Assembly: GCF_009914755.1 (NCBI RefSeq)
Contig: NC_060927.1
Strand: one strand, 5' to 3'
DNA length: 64,000 nt
Source of the DNA: the human T2T-CHM13v2.0 reference genome, Homo sapiens
Shown here: in pieces, positions 52,261-64,000 of the stretch
Layout of the letters: every line of letters begins with the position of its first letter
How positions within the stretch are numbered: the first letter of the stretch is position 1
Made by a program: the position numbers and the translations under genes
Notes under the pieces: generated by a model
What the model saw: the letters and a program-made list of their open reading frames with translations, nothing else
The model's database searches: none
What the model was told of the DNA's origin: nothing

Positions 52261-52963
52261 TAGCCTAAGTGTGCAAAACAGTCAACCAATATCATTCCAT
52301 TCACCAAGTTCAGTGATTTGACTCATACTAGTTTGATCTCCATTCTTCTCTATGTAGCCCTGTCCCTGTGGGACTAGTCTACTCCCTGGGCTCATGCCAG
52401 GTATGTGCTGCACACATTTCTTTCCACTGGAAGGCCTTCCTTACTCCCTCTCTATTCATACACATGCTAGCTGGACATCAAGGTTGAGCACAGATCCCAC
52501 CTTTTCCACAAAGACCCCTCTGAAGACTCCACCCAGAAGTATTGATGCTAGTCTGAGCACTCCTTATAATGTTTGATCACAAGAGTTTATTGATTATTGC
52601 TGCTTTGTCACTTACCTAATAGTTCTTAAATTCCCATGTTGTCCTCATAACTAGATTGTGATTTGTTTTGAGATTCTTATGACCGTACAGGTCATAAGAT
52701 GTAAACATTACTTGCAGCATGTGTCTGTACCTATGTATTTGTTTAGGGGAGAAATAATCTTGACTTTAAGTTTTTAAACATCTTGTTCCTATTTTAAAAA
52801 ATGACATGTGAATCTGAAAAGCTTAATTTAGTAGTAAGGAAGTAAAATGCTTGGTCTTTGGTAGCTTTTATCGTTTATCCCACTGTTTGGCATTCAGTGT
52901 TCTGTAGCTTTTAATTCAACAAACCCACATGAAGTCCCTCCTCTTTGTGCTTTTTCTGAATAG

Positions 52964-53674
52964 ATGGATTACATGTAAATCTTTACAGCCAGAGACTTGT
53001 GAAAGAATCATGGATACAATTTCTGATCGCCTCCGAATTCCTTGGCTTAGGGGAGCCAAAAAAGTGAACATCAGCATCATCCCTCCGCTTGTCCTGCTGC
53101 CTGTCTTCCTTCATGTGGCTTCCTGGCATTTCCTCCTGGGGGTGGTGGTTTTGACCTCCCTTCCTGTGCTGGCACTGTGGTACTACTACCTCACTCACAG
53201 AAGGAAAGAACAGACCCTGTTTTTCCTGAGCCTTGGACTGTTCTCTCTGGGCTACATGTACTATGTGTTCCTGCAGGAAGTGGTCCCCAAAGGGCGTGTG
53301 GGTCCCGTTCAGCTGGCGGTTCTTACCTGCGGGTTATTTCTGATACTCTTAGCCTTGCACAGAGCCAAGAAGAATCCAGGCTACCTCAGCAATCCAGCAA
53401 GCGGTGACAGATCTCTAAGCAGCAGCCAGCTGGAGTGCCTGAGCAGAAAAGGGCAGGAGAAGACCAAAGGGTTCCCTGGGGCAGACATGTCGGGCAGTCT
53501 CAACAATCGCACAACAAAGGATGACCCCAAGGGCTCTTCCAAGATGCCAGCTGGAAGCCCCACCAAAGCGAAGGAGGACTGGTGTGCCAAGTGCCAGCTG
53601 GTGCGACCAGCCCGGGCATGGCACTGCCGGATATGTGGCATCTGTGTGAGGAGAATGGATCATCATTGTGTCTG
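52964..53674 (+). CDS. ZDHHC23: ZDHHC23 coding exon with TM helices and DHHC cysteine-rich domain
   Basis: aatag|A...TG|gtatgt; [31 protein letters not shown]; DHHC codons 53658-53669. Confidence 0.97.
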
Positions 53675-54621
53675 GTATGTTGGAAACATTTGGAGACTTG
53701 GAAAGTGTAAATTCATGTAAAACTCTAGTTACATTTTATCTTCCCTTGTGCTATCCCAAAATTTCTCTCCTTCCCAGCTTTACACCTTGTAGATATTTGT
53801 GGGTTGTTGTGATGTTCCCACTTAGTCATCAGTTTTTCGAGTTTCACAAATTTAGTTCCTTCAGTCATTTCCTGAAGGAGAATAACAGAAAACTTGTGGG
53901 GTTTTTTTTTTCTCAATTTTCTTTTGAATGACTCCTCATTTATCTTTTCCTTTCTAATAGAGAAATATCTACAGTTGAATGATTTTTTAAAAAAAGAATT
54001 GATCAGAAACAGTATAAGCATATTTCCCTGTGCTATTCCTTTTTAAACATAAAGCTCAAGAAAGTGTACCCCTATTTTTAGGTGACTCTTTTGTCCCCTT
54101 GCCATACATACTTAATCGTTTTTGATGCTACCGATGATTTCCACTTAACATTATTGAATCGAGGTCCCACCAGATAAACTCTCTATTTGATTATTTGCAG
54201 AGAAATGGGCTTTTGTACCTGCCAGTTGGCCAGTAACAAACGAAGGTACATAAGGCTCCGTAAAATATGAAGTGCAATGTTTAAAGATAATGTTGCAGCT
54301 TCACTAAATACATCTAAACTAAAGGGACTATAATTAATTCAGATATGAATGCTGTAAGTAGCATGTTTGCAGTTTATTGCTCTTCAGGCAGTCGTGATCA
54401 ATGAATTAATGCTTTTCGTGTCTAGGATTCTGGTCCTGTAGCGTACCTCCTCCTCAGAAGGGGATGCAGGAGAGGGTGAGGGTGCAGAAAAGGCTGAGAG
54501 GCATTGGCGTGGGCCTCAAGTGCATGGCTCAAGTGCAGGGCAGCTCTTTTCTGGGTCCTTGTCTTTAGAAGTAAACAGGTGTTTTCATTTTTAGATGTTC
54601 TACTTCTGTGTCTTCACTTAT

Positions 54622-54623
<2 letters not shown>

Positions 54624-54661
<38 letters not shown>

Positions 54662-54664
54662 GTG
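54624..54664. repeat. (TG)n microsatellite
   Basis: About 20 units with one interruption. Confidence 0.95.
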
Positions 54665-55225
54665 TTCCATTTACAAATGCTGGTTTGCAGAAGGCTCACC
54701 TAACAGCAGATATGTGCCCACTGGAGCATCCTGGCATGCAGTGGGTAGAAGGCACTCCCTCTACATTCTGCCCCACAAATGGCCATGACACAGAACTGTT
54801 TTTACCTGCCAAAGAGCCTGCATGTTATCAAGTTGTTCTTCCCCCTACGCTATGTTTCTAACCTCTTTGGATCTTTATATTACTCTTCATATATTTAACA
54901 TGAATTTTCCCATACTATGTAATACTTCTGATTTAGCATTTTTAAGTTTTCATAATTCTATTTATCTCCCTTTCCTTAACATGGTGAGGACAATGTTAGA
55001 TCTCCATAGCTGGGTAATATTGATATTTAGGAAGATTTGTTAGCCAGGTTCTGCTTTTTATACTTAGTCTTGTCCTTAAACTGACGATATGATTCCACTT
55101 TGCGAAGAGTAGAGAATATAAGACTGCATTCCTCAGGGTGCAAGTTTTTAATTCCCTAAAATTGAAAAATAAGAGAACTTCTTAATAACTGGAATTTACA
55201 TTTTCCCTATTTAAAACCTTGTCTT

Positions 55226-55520
55226 GGCTGGGCGCAGTGGCTCATGCCTGTAATCCCAACACTTTGGGAGGCTGAGGTGGGTGGATCATGAGGTCAGGAG
55301 TTCAAGACCAGCCTGGCCAACATGGTGAAACCCCATCTCTACTCAAAATACACAAATTAGCTGGGCATGGTGGCATGTGCCTGTAATCCCAGCTACTTGA
55401 GAGGCTGAGGCAGGAGAATTGCTTAACCGGGACCCGGGAGGCAGAGGTTGCAGTGAGCCAAGATCGCGCCATTGCACTTTAGCCTGAACTACAGAGCAAG
55501 ACTCCGTCTCAAAAAAAATA
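55226..55520 (+). mobile_element. AluS
   Basis: Alu consensus. Confidence 0.93.
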
Positions 55521-55602
55521 AAGCTTTCATGTTTATTATGTAAGTTATATCAAGAACTCTTAAAAATGTGTTTGCTTTTTTATTTCTCTATGCTGTTTTG
55601 AG

Positions 55603-55770
55603 GATAAATAGCTGCGTTGGAGAATCAAATCATCAAGCATTTATACTTGCCCTTTTGATCTTCTTGCTCACCTCGGTGTATGGGATCACACTGACCTTGG
55701 ACACCATTTGTAGAGACAGAAGTGTCTTCACAGCTCTTTTCTATTGTCCTGGAGTTTATGCAAATTACAG
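55603..55770 (+). CDS. ZDHHC23: ZDHHC23 coding exon
   Basis: ttttgag|G...ACAG|gtgagc; INSCVGESNHQAFILALLIFLLTSVYG...GVYANY; completes DHHCVWINSCVG. Confidence 0.95.
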
Positions 55771-57626
55771 GTGAGCAGTGGGTACCACAGTATGGAGGCC
55801 CCCTGGGAAGTAATGGGTGTTGCCATTGACAGGGACTATTACTACTTGGTTAGGAGTTCTCAATCAAAACATAGGCCAGGCTATGGAAATGCTGGGTATC
55901 CCTGGAATTGCCAGCAAAATTGTGCATTGGTGATGTGTGTTTTTCAAGGGTGCTGTTAAAAGGATTGTTGACCTTTAAAAAGTGAAGAACTAGTTCTCTA
56001 CAAACAGGACCAGGCCTAATCAGGGACTTCCAGAGTCAAATGACCACTCATAGGCTCAAAAGTCGCAACAGTGAAACAGAAACAATAAACAAAAACTAGC
56101 AGCCCCAGGGCACATATGTGCCTATTTTGTCATAACGATCAGAAACCTTCTCACTTTACTGCTGCTTTCTGATGTTTTTTAGTCCAATCTTAATTTACTG
56201 CTTCCGACCCTTTTGAGATGTGCTCGACATCTCTATAACCTTGCTTTTCTTTCTAACCTCTCTTGGTTTTTCCTGTTCTACTTTCTTTCTTTTTTTAATC
56301 ACCACTGATGATTACTGTGATATGTAGGTCAAAATTTCCTTAGGCCCCTTTATAGATTGTGAAGATTTCCAGGCCATGGCAAAATTTGGGATTCTTCCGC
56401 TTCGGCCTCAGCGCCCCCTCCCTGAATGCTGGGGCCCCCCTCTGCCCATGCTCTTTATTCCCTTCCCTTCATCATCCTCTCTGACATAAGTGCTCTGGGG
56501 TATCTGTGGTTTGGCCCTTTTCTTTATTCTCACTCTTCATTTTCAGAACAATCCTTGCTTTCTTTACAAAGTATCCCTTTGTGGCATTTGTTTTTATTAG
56601 CCTGTGGACAGATCTCCCCATTGTCATCCTAGAACCAGACACCTGTGGGCATTATTAGAATAGATTGGTCTTCCTCAGATTAAGTTTCCTTCCTCACTGT
56701 GTGGAGAGTATCTCCAGCATGTGAATGAAATTCTCTGCTAACGCTGCAGGTGAGGCCCGTCCTGAAGCACAGCATGTCTGTGCACTCTCGGTGCGGAGGC
56801 GAGGGAACCGAGGAATACAGTCCTGCCATTGCTTCTCACCCTGCTCTGTGCAGGCGATTCACAGCACCTCATCTTTTTGGTTAGGTCCTTGGATTTAATA
56901 GTCTTTGAGGTCCCTTCAGCTTTTACAAATGAAGATTCTGAATGAACTTATTTCTAACTAACTCTTAATTTGCGAATGTTGGAAAATCATCAAATGGCAG
57001 AGGCTAACTGGCAGCCTGTCTCATTAGTGAGCCTGAGAGGAGCTTCCCTACCTTGTGTGATTGTGTTGGGCTTTAGGAGGGTGAATTTGGAATGTCTCGG
57101 TGTTCCTACATCCAGGTAAGCACAGGGCTGCTGGGGTTGGGAGTCGTCCATCGTCTTTTCATTCCTCAGCATTGGACTGGAAAGAATGGAGATTAGTAAC
57201 TTTAGCACTGTTCCTCGGCATCCACCTGCAGCTTCCTAGAAGACATTTATAGCAGTCCCTTGGTGCCTTTGTTTTCTCATGAGTTAGATGTAATTTACGA
57301 ATTACTTGTTTATTTAACAAACAGGTGTTGAACGCTGTTATGTCAGGCAGCGTGCTGGGTGTGTGGAGGGTACAAAATGCAAAAAACAGTCCCTGCTCTT
57401 CTAGTGTAATATACTAGAAAATAGGCACCAGTAATTATAGAATAAACACACACATTCTCCTACTTAAGCAGGTTATTGGCATTCTGAGTATCTTCCAGTT
57501 CGGAGGGTTGGGGAAGATGCCAAAGTCTTTAGTAATAAGTAAAAAAATGTGTAAAACGTGAGAATGATGACAGTTTTCTGAATTTGACAAAAACGGCAGC
57601 CCTGACAGCCTTTTTCCCTCTCCTAG

Positions 57627-57894
57627 CTCGGCTCTGTCCTTCACCTGCGTGTGGTACTCTGTGATCATCACAGCAGGCATGGCCTACATCTTCCTGATCC
57701 AGCTGATCAACATCAGCTACAATGTGACTGAGCGGGAAGTCCAGCAGGCCCTCCGACAGAAGACTGGGCGCCGGCTCCTCTGCGGGCTCATCGTGGACAC
57801 AGGCCAGTACAATAGGGGCTTCCTGCGGAACTGGCACCAGTTCTCCACCCTGGGCACACGTGCATTCCACCACCCTGCCGAGGACATTGTCTGA
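57627..57894 (+). CDS. ZDHHC23: ZDHHC23 last coding exon (long form, 435 aa total)
   Basis: cctag|C; SALSFTCVWYSVII...NVTERE...GQYNRGFLRNWHQF...AEDIV-TGA; the four exons total 1308 nt. Confidence 0.93.
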
Positions 57895-58234
57895 AGTGCC
57901 TTCTATGTGGCTCTCTGAGGGATGATGGCTCCTCCTTCCGTCTCCCTTCCATTTTACACTTCAGTGTCCATTTCTATCCCCAGTTTCTTAAAGGCATTAT
58001 AGGGCCATGCTCAGGTTTAGAGACTGGAGTGGGAAGAAGTTAATTTTTCTGACGCCACAACTTAAGAGACTTTTATACTGAGGCAGTAAAAGTAGAGCCA
58101 TTCCTTTCCAGTCACCTTTTTAATTGACTCAGTTGCCTGAACTTGAGAAGGATGTGGATTGCTAATGCACAAATTGATAGAAGCAATTCCCATCCATTAG
58201 TATGGAGGAAAGAGTGTTGGATTAGGATAGTTTC

Positions 58235-58430
58235 TAGTCCCTCTTTCGATTCTTAATAGCCATGTGACCCCTAGCTGAGTCACTTTCCCAAGTCTCAGGG
58301 TCATCTGCAAAGTGGGGTACTGATGCCTGCCCTGGCTACCTCACAGAGCCGTCATGAGGGTCACGTGAGGGAAGATGGATGTGGAAAGCACTAAAAAACA
58401 ACTCAAGAGCCATGGAAATACAAAGTATTA
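58235..58430 (+). mobile_element. MIR in the ZDHHC23 3' UTR
   Basis: tagccatgtgacc...gagtcactt...catctgcaaagtgggg. Confidence 0.65.
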
Positions 58431-59983
58431 GGAAAATATTATGATGGAAGAAAAACGTTTATAGTCTAGAATATTGAAGCCAATATTATTAGGGTAATCA
58501 GTTTTCAGCATATACCTTGTTGTACAGTTATGAGAATTTCTCCTTCTTATTAGACATGAACTACTCAAACAGAGAAGATGACCAGATGGATTGATGCTAA
58601 GTTGTCTCATCTTGAAAAGACAGTTGACAACAGTTATAAAGATAATTATTGCTAGTGTAATGTAGTGTGGCCATGAGTTTAGGTGATGAGTTCTTCTATT
58701 TATATTTTATAAATTCTGCTTGGGTTTCTTATAAATAACTCCAACAGGCATTCATGTGTTTTTCCTCTTCCCATGTTTCACCAGGTAAGGTGCTAGCACA
58801 CTTGTGACTGTGGCTGGAAGAGGAGAACAGACACTCCTGTGGGGATGCTTTACTCTCTTTTCTGGTAGGAAGGCTGAGTAACATCACGGGCTCGATTATT
58901 TTCTTCATGTATTTCAAATGCTGTCAGTTATAGCACTAAATTGTGAAAATCAGCCTTCTGGCATTCACATTATTCTGGTATGAACTTTGAGGAGTTGAGT
59001 GACATCTTCCCACTTAACTTGCACATTAATTCTCAATTACCCCTCCCTAAATAACAGTATCTCACTAAGAGAGAAGAAACAGGGTATATGTGGTTTCCAC
59101 TATTAATGGATTACTGTTCTTCCCTGGCTCTTCCGACAATAACAAGTTGTTTCTTTAATCATATCTTAAAACCGAAAATGTATAAAAGATTAAATATTTA
59201 TGTACAATGGGTTGTTCTACTATAGAATTAAGATGAGGGAATTTCAGATGAGGAAAATACCCTTTTGAAATGTTAGTTTTGAACATGTACTGTTGTGCAA
59301 TCCCAAAGATAATTCATGACTCCTTAAATTTGCCTTGGCTTATAGCTTAATATAGGGAAAATATTGCCAGCGTTTTCAGTCATTCTGTGCATGCTGCTTT
59401 AAGCAAGAGATTTATATTTGTTGAGAGGAAATATTGCTACTTCCTGCACTTCCACCCTCTGCAGCCAGCACCGTCCCTACTGTTGCCATTAATTGGAGCT
59501 GTCCTTAAGATGGTCACCATATTCTTATTCAGGCTGTTGTCATTTTCCCCAGAGATGGTTTGTTTAACGAATGATAGGCTCTGTGCCTGGGGATGTTAGC
59601 AGACTCTGGGGTTTGTACAGTGATGCCTTCTCCCTGGCCCAGAGCTGAATATTCATCTAGAATTAAAGTTGGATTTGATATAACAAATTTCTTTCTATAC
59701 AGGTTTTACATAAGAGAGACAGTAATAATGTCAAGGATAGCCTGTGTGGGCAGAAATTGGTAGTCGTGCTTTTGAATGTCAGCTGTAGAGCCAACTCTGA
59801 TTATCTAGCCATTGATCATACAAATTGATAGAAACATTAGTCAGTAATTTTAGCTTCTTGCCAAATTGTTCACAACATCTAAATGTAATGTGATGTGATG
59901 AAGATAAGTAGTACAAAGAGACCAAAATAATTTGGGAGAATTAGGAATGATGACAATTTTTTTTAACAACTTACCTCTAATAG

Positions 59984-59997
59984 GGTTACTTGGATGA
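59984..59997 (+). CDS. ZDHHC23: ZDHHC23 alternative C-terminal exon (GLLG-stop, 409 aa form)
   Basis: ctctaatag|GG TTA CTT GGA TGA joins in frame to ACA G|gccagt at 57802; length and ending match my recollection of the reference protein. Confidence 0.72.
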
Positions 59998-62723
59998 GCC
60001 AACTCCGCTTCCTTCCCATGGATAGGAAGGGACTCTGTGTATTATTCAGGTTTATTGGCACGAAGATACTTGTTTTAAGTTCCTTGAGAACCCATGATGG
60101 ACAGTTGACAGAATGCTTAAACCTGTCAAAAGATGAGTGATCTTGTGTGGGAAAAGCCTTCCCAGGCGTCTGTACCGAAAGGAGCAGCAAACAAGGGGCT
60201 AATCCATGAGCAGTGTTCTGTAGGCTCTGTGACATCTTTGGTTTATAGGATTTTGGAGCCTTTTATGATCTGGAACTATTTGAGGGGTTTCATTATAGGC
60301 CTTGGTTCTCTCCAGGGGCCAGATGAGTTTATTGTGGAATCTTTGAAAGGACAAGGCCTCTGTGAATGAATCAGTCCCAGGGAAGCATTTGGTGGTGGCG
60401 GCAGTGGAGGATTGCCCGGTGAACCTATAAATCAGCAGTCTCTTGGGCAGAGGAGCAAGCCCCTCGAACATGATTTCAAACAAGCAGGTCCTCTTCTCTC
60501 ATCTCACGTCCTTAGTCTCTGTTAATGAACATACTGGATGTGGAGTTTAATAAATTACCTACTATCATCTGGCCACTTAGATTATTATCACACCACTGTG
60601 GACTGTTCCTGGGGGGAGAAGAACAGACCGATTTGAAAGATTCAAGGGAGAAAGATTAAGGATCAGGATTGCATGAAAGAAGAAAATCCTTCAATATTTA
60701 AAATGTTTCTTACAATACCCACGGAGCACTTTTATGGTTCCAGCCGAGCGTTCCTGAAATGAACTGACCATTAACAGCGCCTCTTTGATAGGTTACCCTG
60801 ATGCTGCTAAAGTAAAGCCTTAAGTGTGTTTTTGGGACAACGTGCTGCTTATTCCACCTCAGCCACATATGTGTTTGTGTTTAGGATATTGTAAATCTTT
60901 GCTAAGTAGTGTTTTCCTTGGTGAATGAAGTCATTGTTGTCTTCAAGTGTACCATCTGCCTAGCAAAAAATTGCTACAAACTTTCTCTTATGCAATAGTC
61001 CTTGGTACTTCTAATATTTTTAGCAAGAGACAATTTTCTGTACTAGAATCTTCCACTGCCAGAAAACACAGTGCCAGTAAGGTTCTACATACCACTGACC
61101 ATCTGCTTAATAGACATGTATTTCCTTTGAGTAGGACATTAGCTTTTGATTATAAAGCTCAACTAGTATAAGCAAAAATATAACATCTAGAAGCACAGTT
61201 TTAGCCAGGATGTTTAAAAATTACAGTTTTGTGAGACTTAAGGGTCTTTTTAACCTAGGTAAGTTTATATGACCTAACTTAATTGTAGCCATATTCTGGT
61301 ACCTTCCATTTTGAAAAGTAGAGGTTGCTTAAGCAAGCAATGGATAATAAGAGACTTTTCCTGAGGCACCTGTTTGGAATCTGGTTTTCTCAGCGGCAGC
61401 TTGACATGTGCACCCTTTTGTATTAAACACTGCAAGGGTGATGCAGGGGAGCAGGAAAGCCATCCTAAACTCACTACTGAGTACGATTCAGTATGTTCCT
61501 GTGGATGTCTGCTGTGACTAATATAAATTTCTTGCAGAATCAGCTACACTTAATTATGTTGCTGATAGACAAGCATCCACGCTTCAGCTGGCACTAAGTG
61601 TTTTCATTGTAGGATCAGCAGCAGGTTAAAGACTGAACGGTTAGTGAAGACAAATGTCTTAAGAGGCTGCGATGTCTAGGTTGGGCTTGTGACTTCTTAG
61701 TGGCCTAGCCTTCTTGATGGCACCTTGAAAGTGAACTTCTAGAAATCTACATTTAAAAGGCAAAGCTTTAAAAGCAGAGCTAGTCTATTCTAGTTACTGA
61801 TGCAACTAAAATTCTGTATTTCTTAAGATGGAGCCACTGACGAGATGTCACAGTATAGAGCCTGCAGTCTCAACTCATTGTGATCCTAATGGTCTGGGTG
61901 ATTGGATGGTTTGAGTTGTTAGGGATTTTGAGTTTTTCATTTTATTGCATATCTGGGTTGGATGTTAGACTAAAGGAAACCCAGGAATATTTACCTGGTG
62001 TTACATTTAATATTTAATGTAACTGGTCTAGCAACATTAAGGGGGATTTCTGAAGCCAACTCCGGAGGCTGTGGGCTGCACATTTTGCACTGTTTTTATA
62101 TACTTGTATTCATATCCTCTTATCACCTCAGACTCAGACACAAGGCCTTTTACATGGAAATTTTACAAATTACTTCCATTTATGTAAAATAACGTCCTGT
62201 GACCAAGTTGTTTAAATGGAAAATAAAGTGCTTTCTTTAAGGAAAATAGCTGGTGTTTCTTGGAGTGTCTCCTGAAGTCTTCTGATTTCTGAAAACCCTG
62301 CATTATACCTGTGCTGCCTCTGTGGCTCCCTCAATGTCTCTATCCTGTGGCCCTGTCCCTAGCCCTAAACTGTTATGTTCCCGGTGGCAATTTCTCCAGT
62401 TTTGTGGGTCAGGGATACTGCTTGTTGGGGCATTATGTTAACAGTAACATTTTGAAACATACTTTCATGATAGTCCAGCAAAAAACAGCATCAAAACTAT
62501 TTCCATTGTATCTCTTTAGAAGGCTCTGTATTCGGTAAAAAGTCTAGCTGGCGCCATTGGAATATGGGCTGCTAAAGACTCAATTTCTAGTTGATGTTTG
62601 AGGTGAGGCAAAAATAAAGCTAAGGTAGAAAACTTAAGCTTTGTGGGATTTATTTATGCGCCTGGCATGTTGACTTAAGGAACTCAACCTTATGTACAGG
62701 CTTGGCATTTAAAGAAAACTGGT

Positions 62724-63040
62724 GGCTGGGTGTGGTGGCTCACTCCTGTAATCTCAGCACTTTGGGAGGCTGAGAGGATCACTTGAGCCCAGGAGTTCAA
62801 GACTAGCCTGGGCAACATGGTGAAACTCCATCTCTACCAAAAAAAAAAAAAAAAAAAAAAAAAGTTAGCTGGGCATGTAATCCCAGCTATCTGAGAGGCT
62901 GAGGTGGGAGGATCACCTGAGTCTGAGAGGTCCAGGATTCAGTGAGCCATAGTCAGGCCACTCTACCTCCAGCCTGAAGTACAGTGACAGAGTGAGACCC
63001 TGTCTCAAAACAAAAAAAACACAGAACAAACAAAATAATA
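62724..63040 (+). mobile_element. AluJ-like with expanded central A run
   Basis: gaggatcacttgagcccaggagttc. Confidence 0.9.
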
Positions 63041-63399
63041 AAATTGGTATTTCATTTCCGGGTGCTAATATCAGCCAGTATTTTGTAAATGTACTGTAGT
63101 TAGGTTTAAACTGTTAGTGATTTTGATGGAAAGTGATGTATTATGAATTACTTTTAGTTACATTTTCTTTAGTGGCCATTCATCTTGAAAAACACAGGTT
63201 TTTTTTTTTTTTAAATGACAACTGTATAATCCTATTAAAGGAAAAGCTGTGTGGGAACAGCCATGTCGTAGAAGAAATAAAGTTCAATTCAAGGTGTTTG
63301 GTCATATCACACATCCTCCGTGATAAAAGTATCTTAAGTCGTGTAGCAGGTGGTACAGCTAGATATCCTTTCTAGGAAGTATGAGACAGTAACAAGAAC

Positions 63400-64000
63400 A
63401 TTCACTTAAAAAACCACAGAATTTTATTTTGTCAACTCAAATTTTCAGCACACCAAATAAGAGTAATCATCTCAGGACTGCACAGGACTTTCTCATTTTA
63501 CCATATGCATTTATGGACTACTTGAATTTGTTATATAATAAATGTGTATTTTATAATGAAAAATTATTTTTCTAGCAGGTAATTCTCTAACACAATTCAT
63601 AGAAGAGAGCATTTTATCAGTCTTTATAGCATCTTAAAGATGAAAACATTCTTTGAATTCAAGATAGGTATCTCAATATCTAGATCAAACTGAGCTGAGT
63701 ACTAGAAGACAAACTGAGTGTATTATTCAGCAGTTGCAGGTGGGAGCATGAACAGATAATTTAATGAATTGCTGGACTGTCATGATAGAGTTATTACCTT
63801 TTGGAATGTCCTTCATGCTTATCAAGGTGCACGGAAGAGAAGCATCTCTGGTGCCTCAGTTTCTCTGAAATCAGGATAAGCTGCTGTCCTCTGCAGCAGC
63901 TGTGTAGAGAACCTTTTCATACATGGTCTGCCTTCAGGGGTGGTGAAAGTGGACGAGGTCTGGTGGGGTGCGTGTCACTGATGCTACTGCACTAGAAGGC
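63400..64000 (-). other. Probable 3' UTR end of convergent gene (CCDC191 by recalled gene order)
   Basis: TTTATT at 63423-63428 (AATAAA on minus); no coding sequence in the window, so identity comes from memory of the locus only. Confidence 0.45.

Larger units (their letters stand above)
57895..62245 (+). other. ZDHHC23: ZDHHC23 3' UTR ending at AATAAA 62222-62227
   Basis: Alu-free 4.3 kb stretch; AATAAA followed by GT-rich gctggtgtttcttggagtgtct. Confidence 0.7.

Noticed and set aside
52929-53720. 263-aa single-exon DHHC ORF
   Set aside because: It is the ZDHHC23 exon plus in-frame intron flanks on both sides

Overview
Primate (human-like) genomic DNA, Alu/L1-rich. It holds the last 12 coding exons and 3' UTR of GRAMD1C (Aster-C, + strand, 232-~46440), then a CpG island and the whole ZDHHC23 palmitoyltransferase gene (+, ~47160-62245), and probably the 3' UTR end of a convergent minus-strand gene (CCDC191, from recalled gene order). 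All exon phases were checked by hand and join in frame. One GRAMD1C intron carries a VPS26A processed pseudogene and a full-length antisense L1. A ZDHHC23 intron carries a complete LTR-internal-LTR MaLR element. I found no new multi-gene system. The most interesting signals are a GC-AG intron that swaps the ZDHHC23 C-terminus and deletes its PaCCT-like motif, a candidate 14-nt poison microexon in GRAMD1C, uORFs over the ZDHHC23 start, a 40-bp TPRT-like micro-insertion, and two sites with triplicated target-site duplications. Repeat boundaries and subfamily names are estimated by eye.
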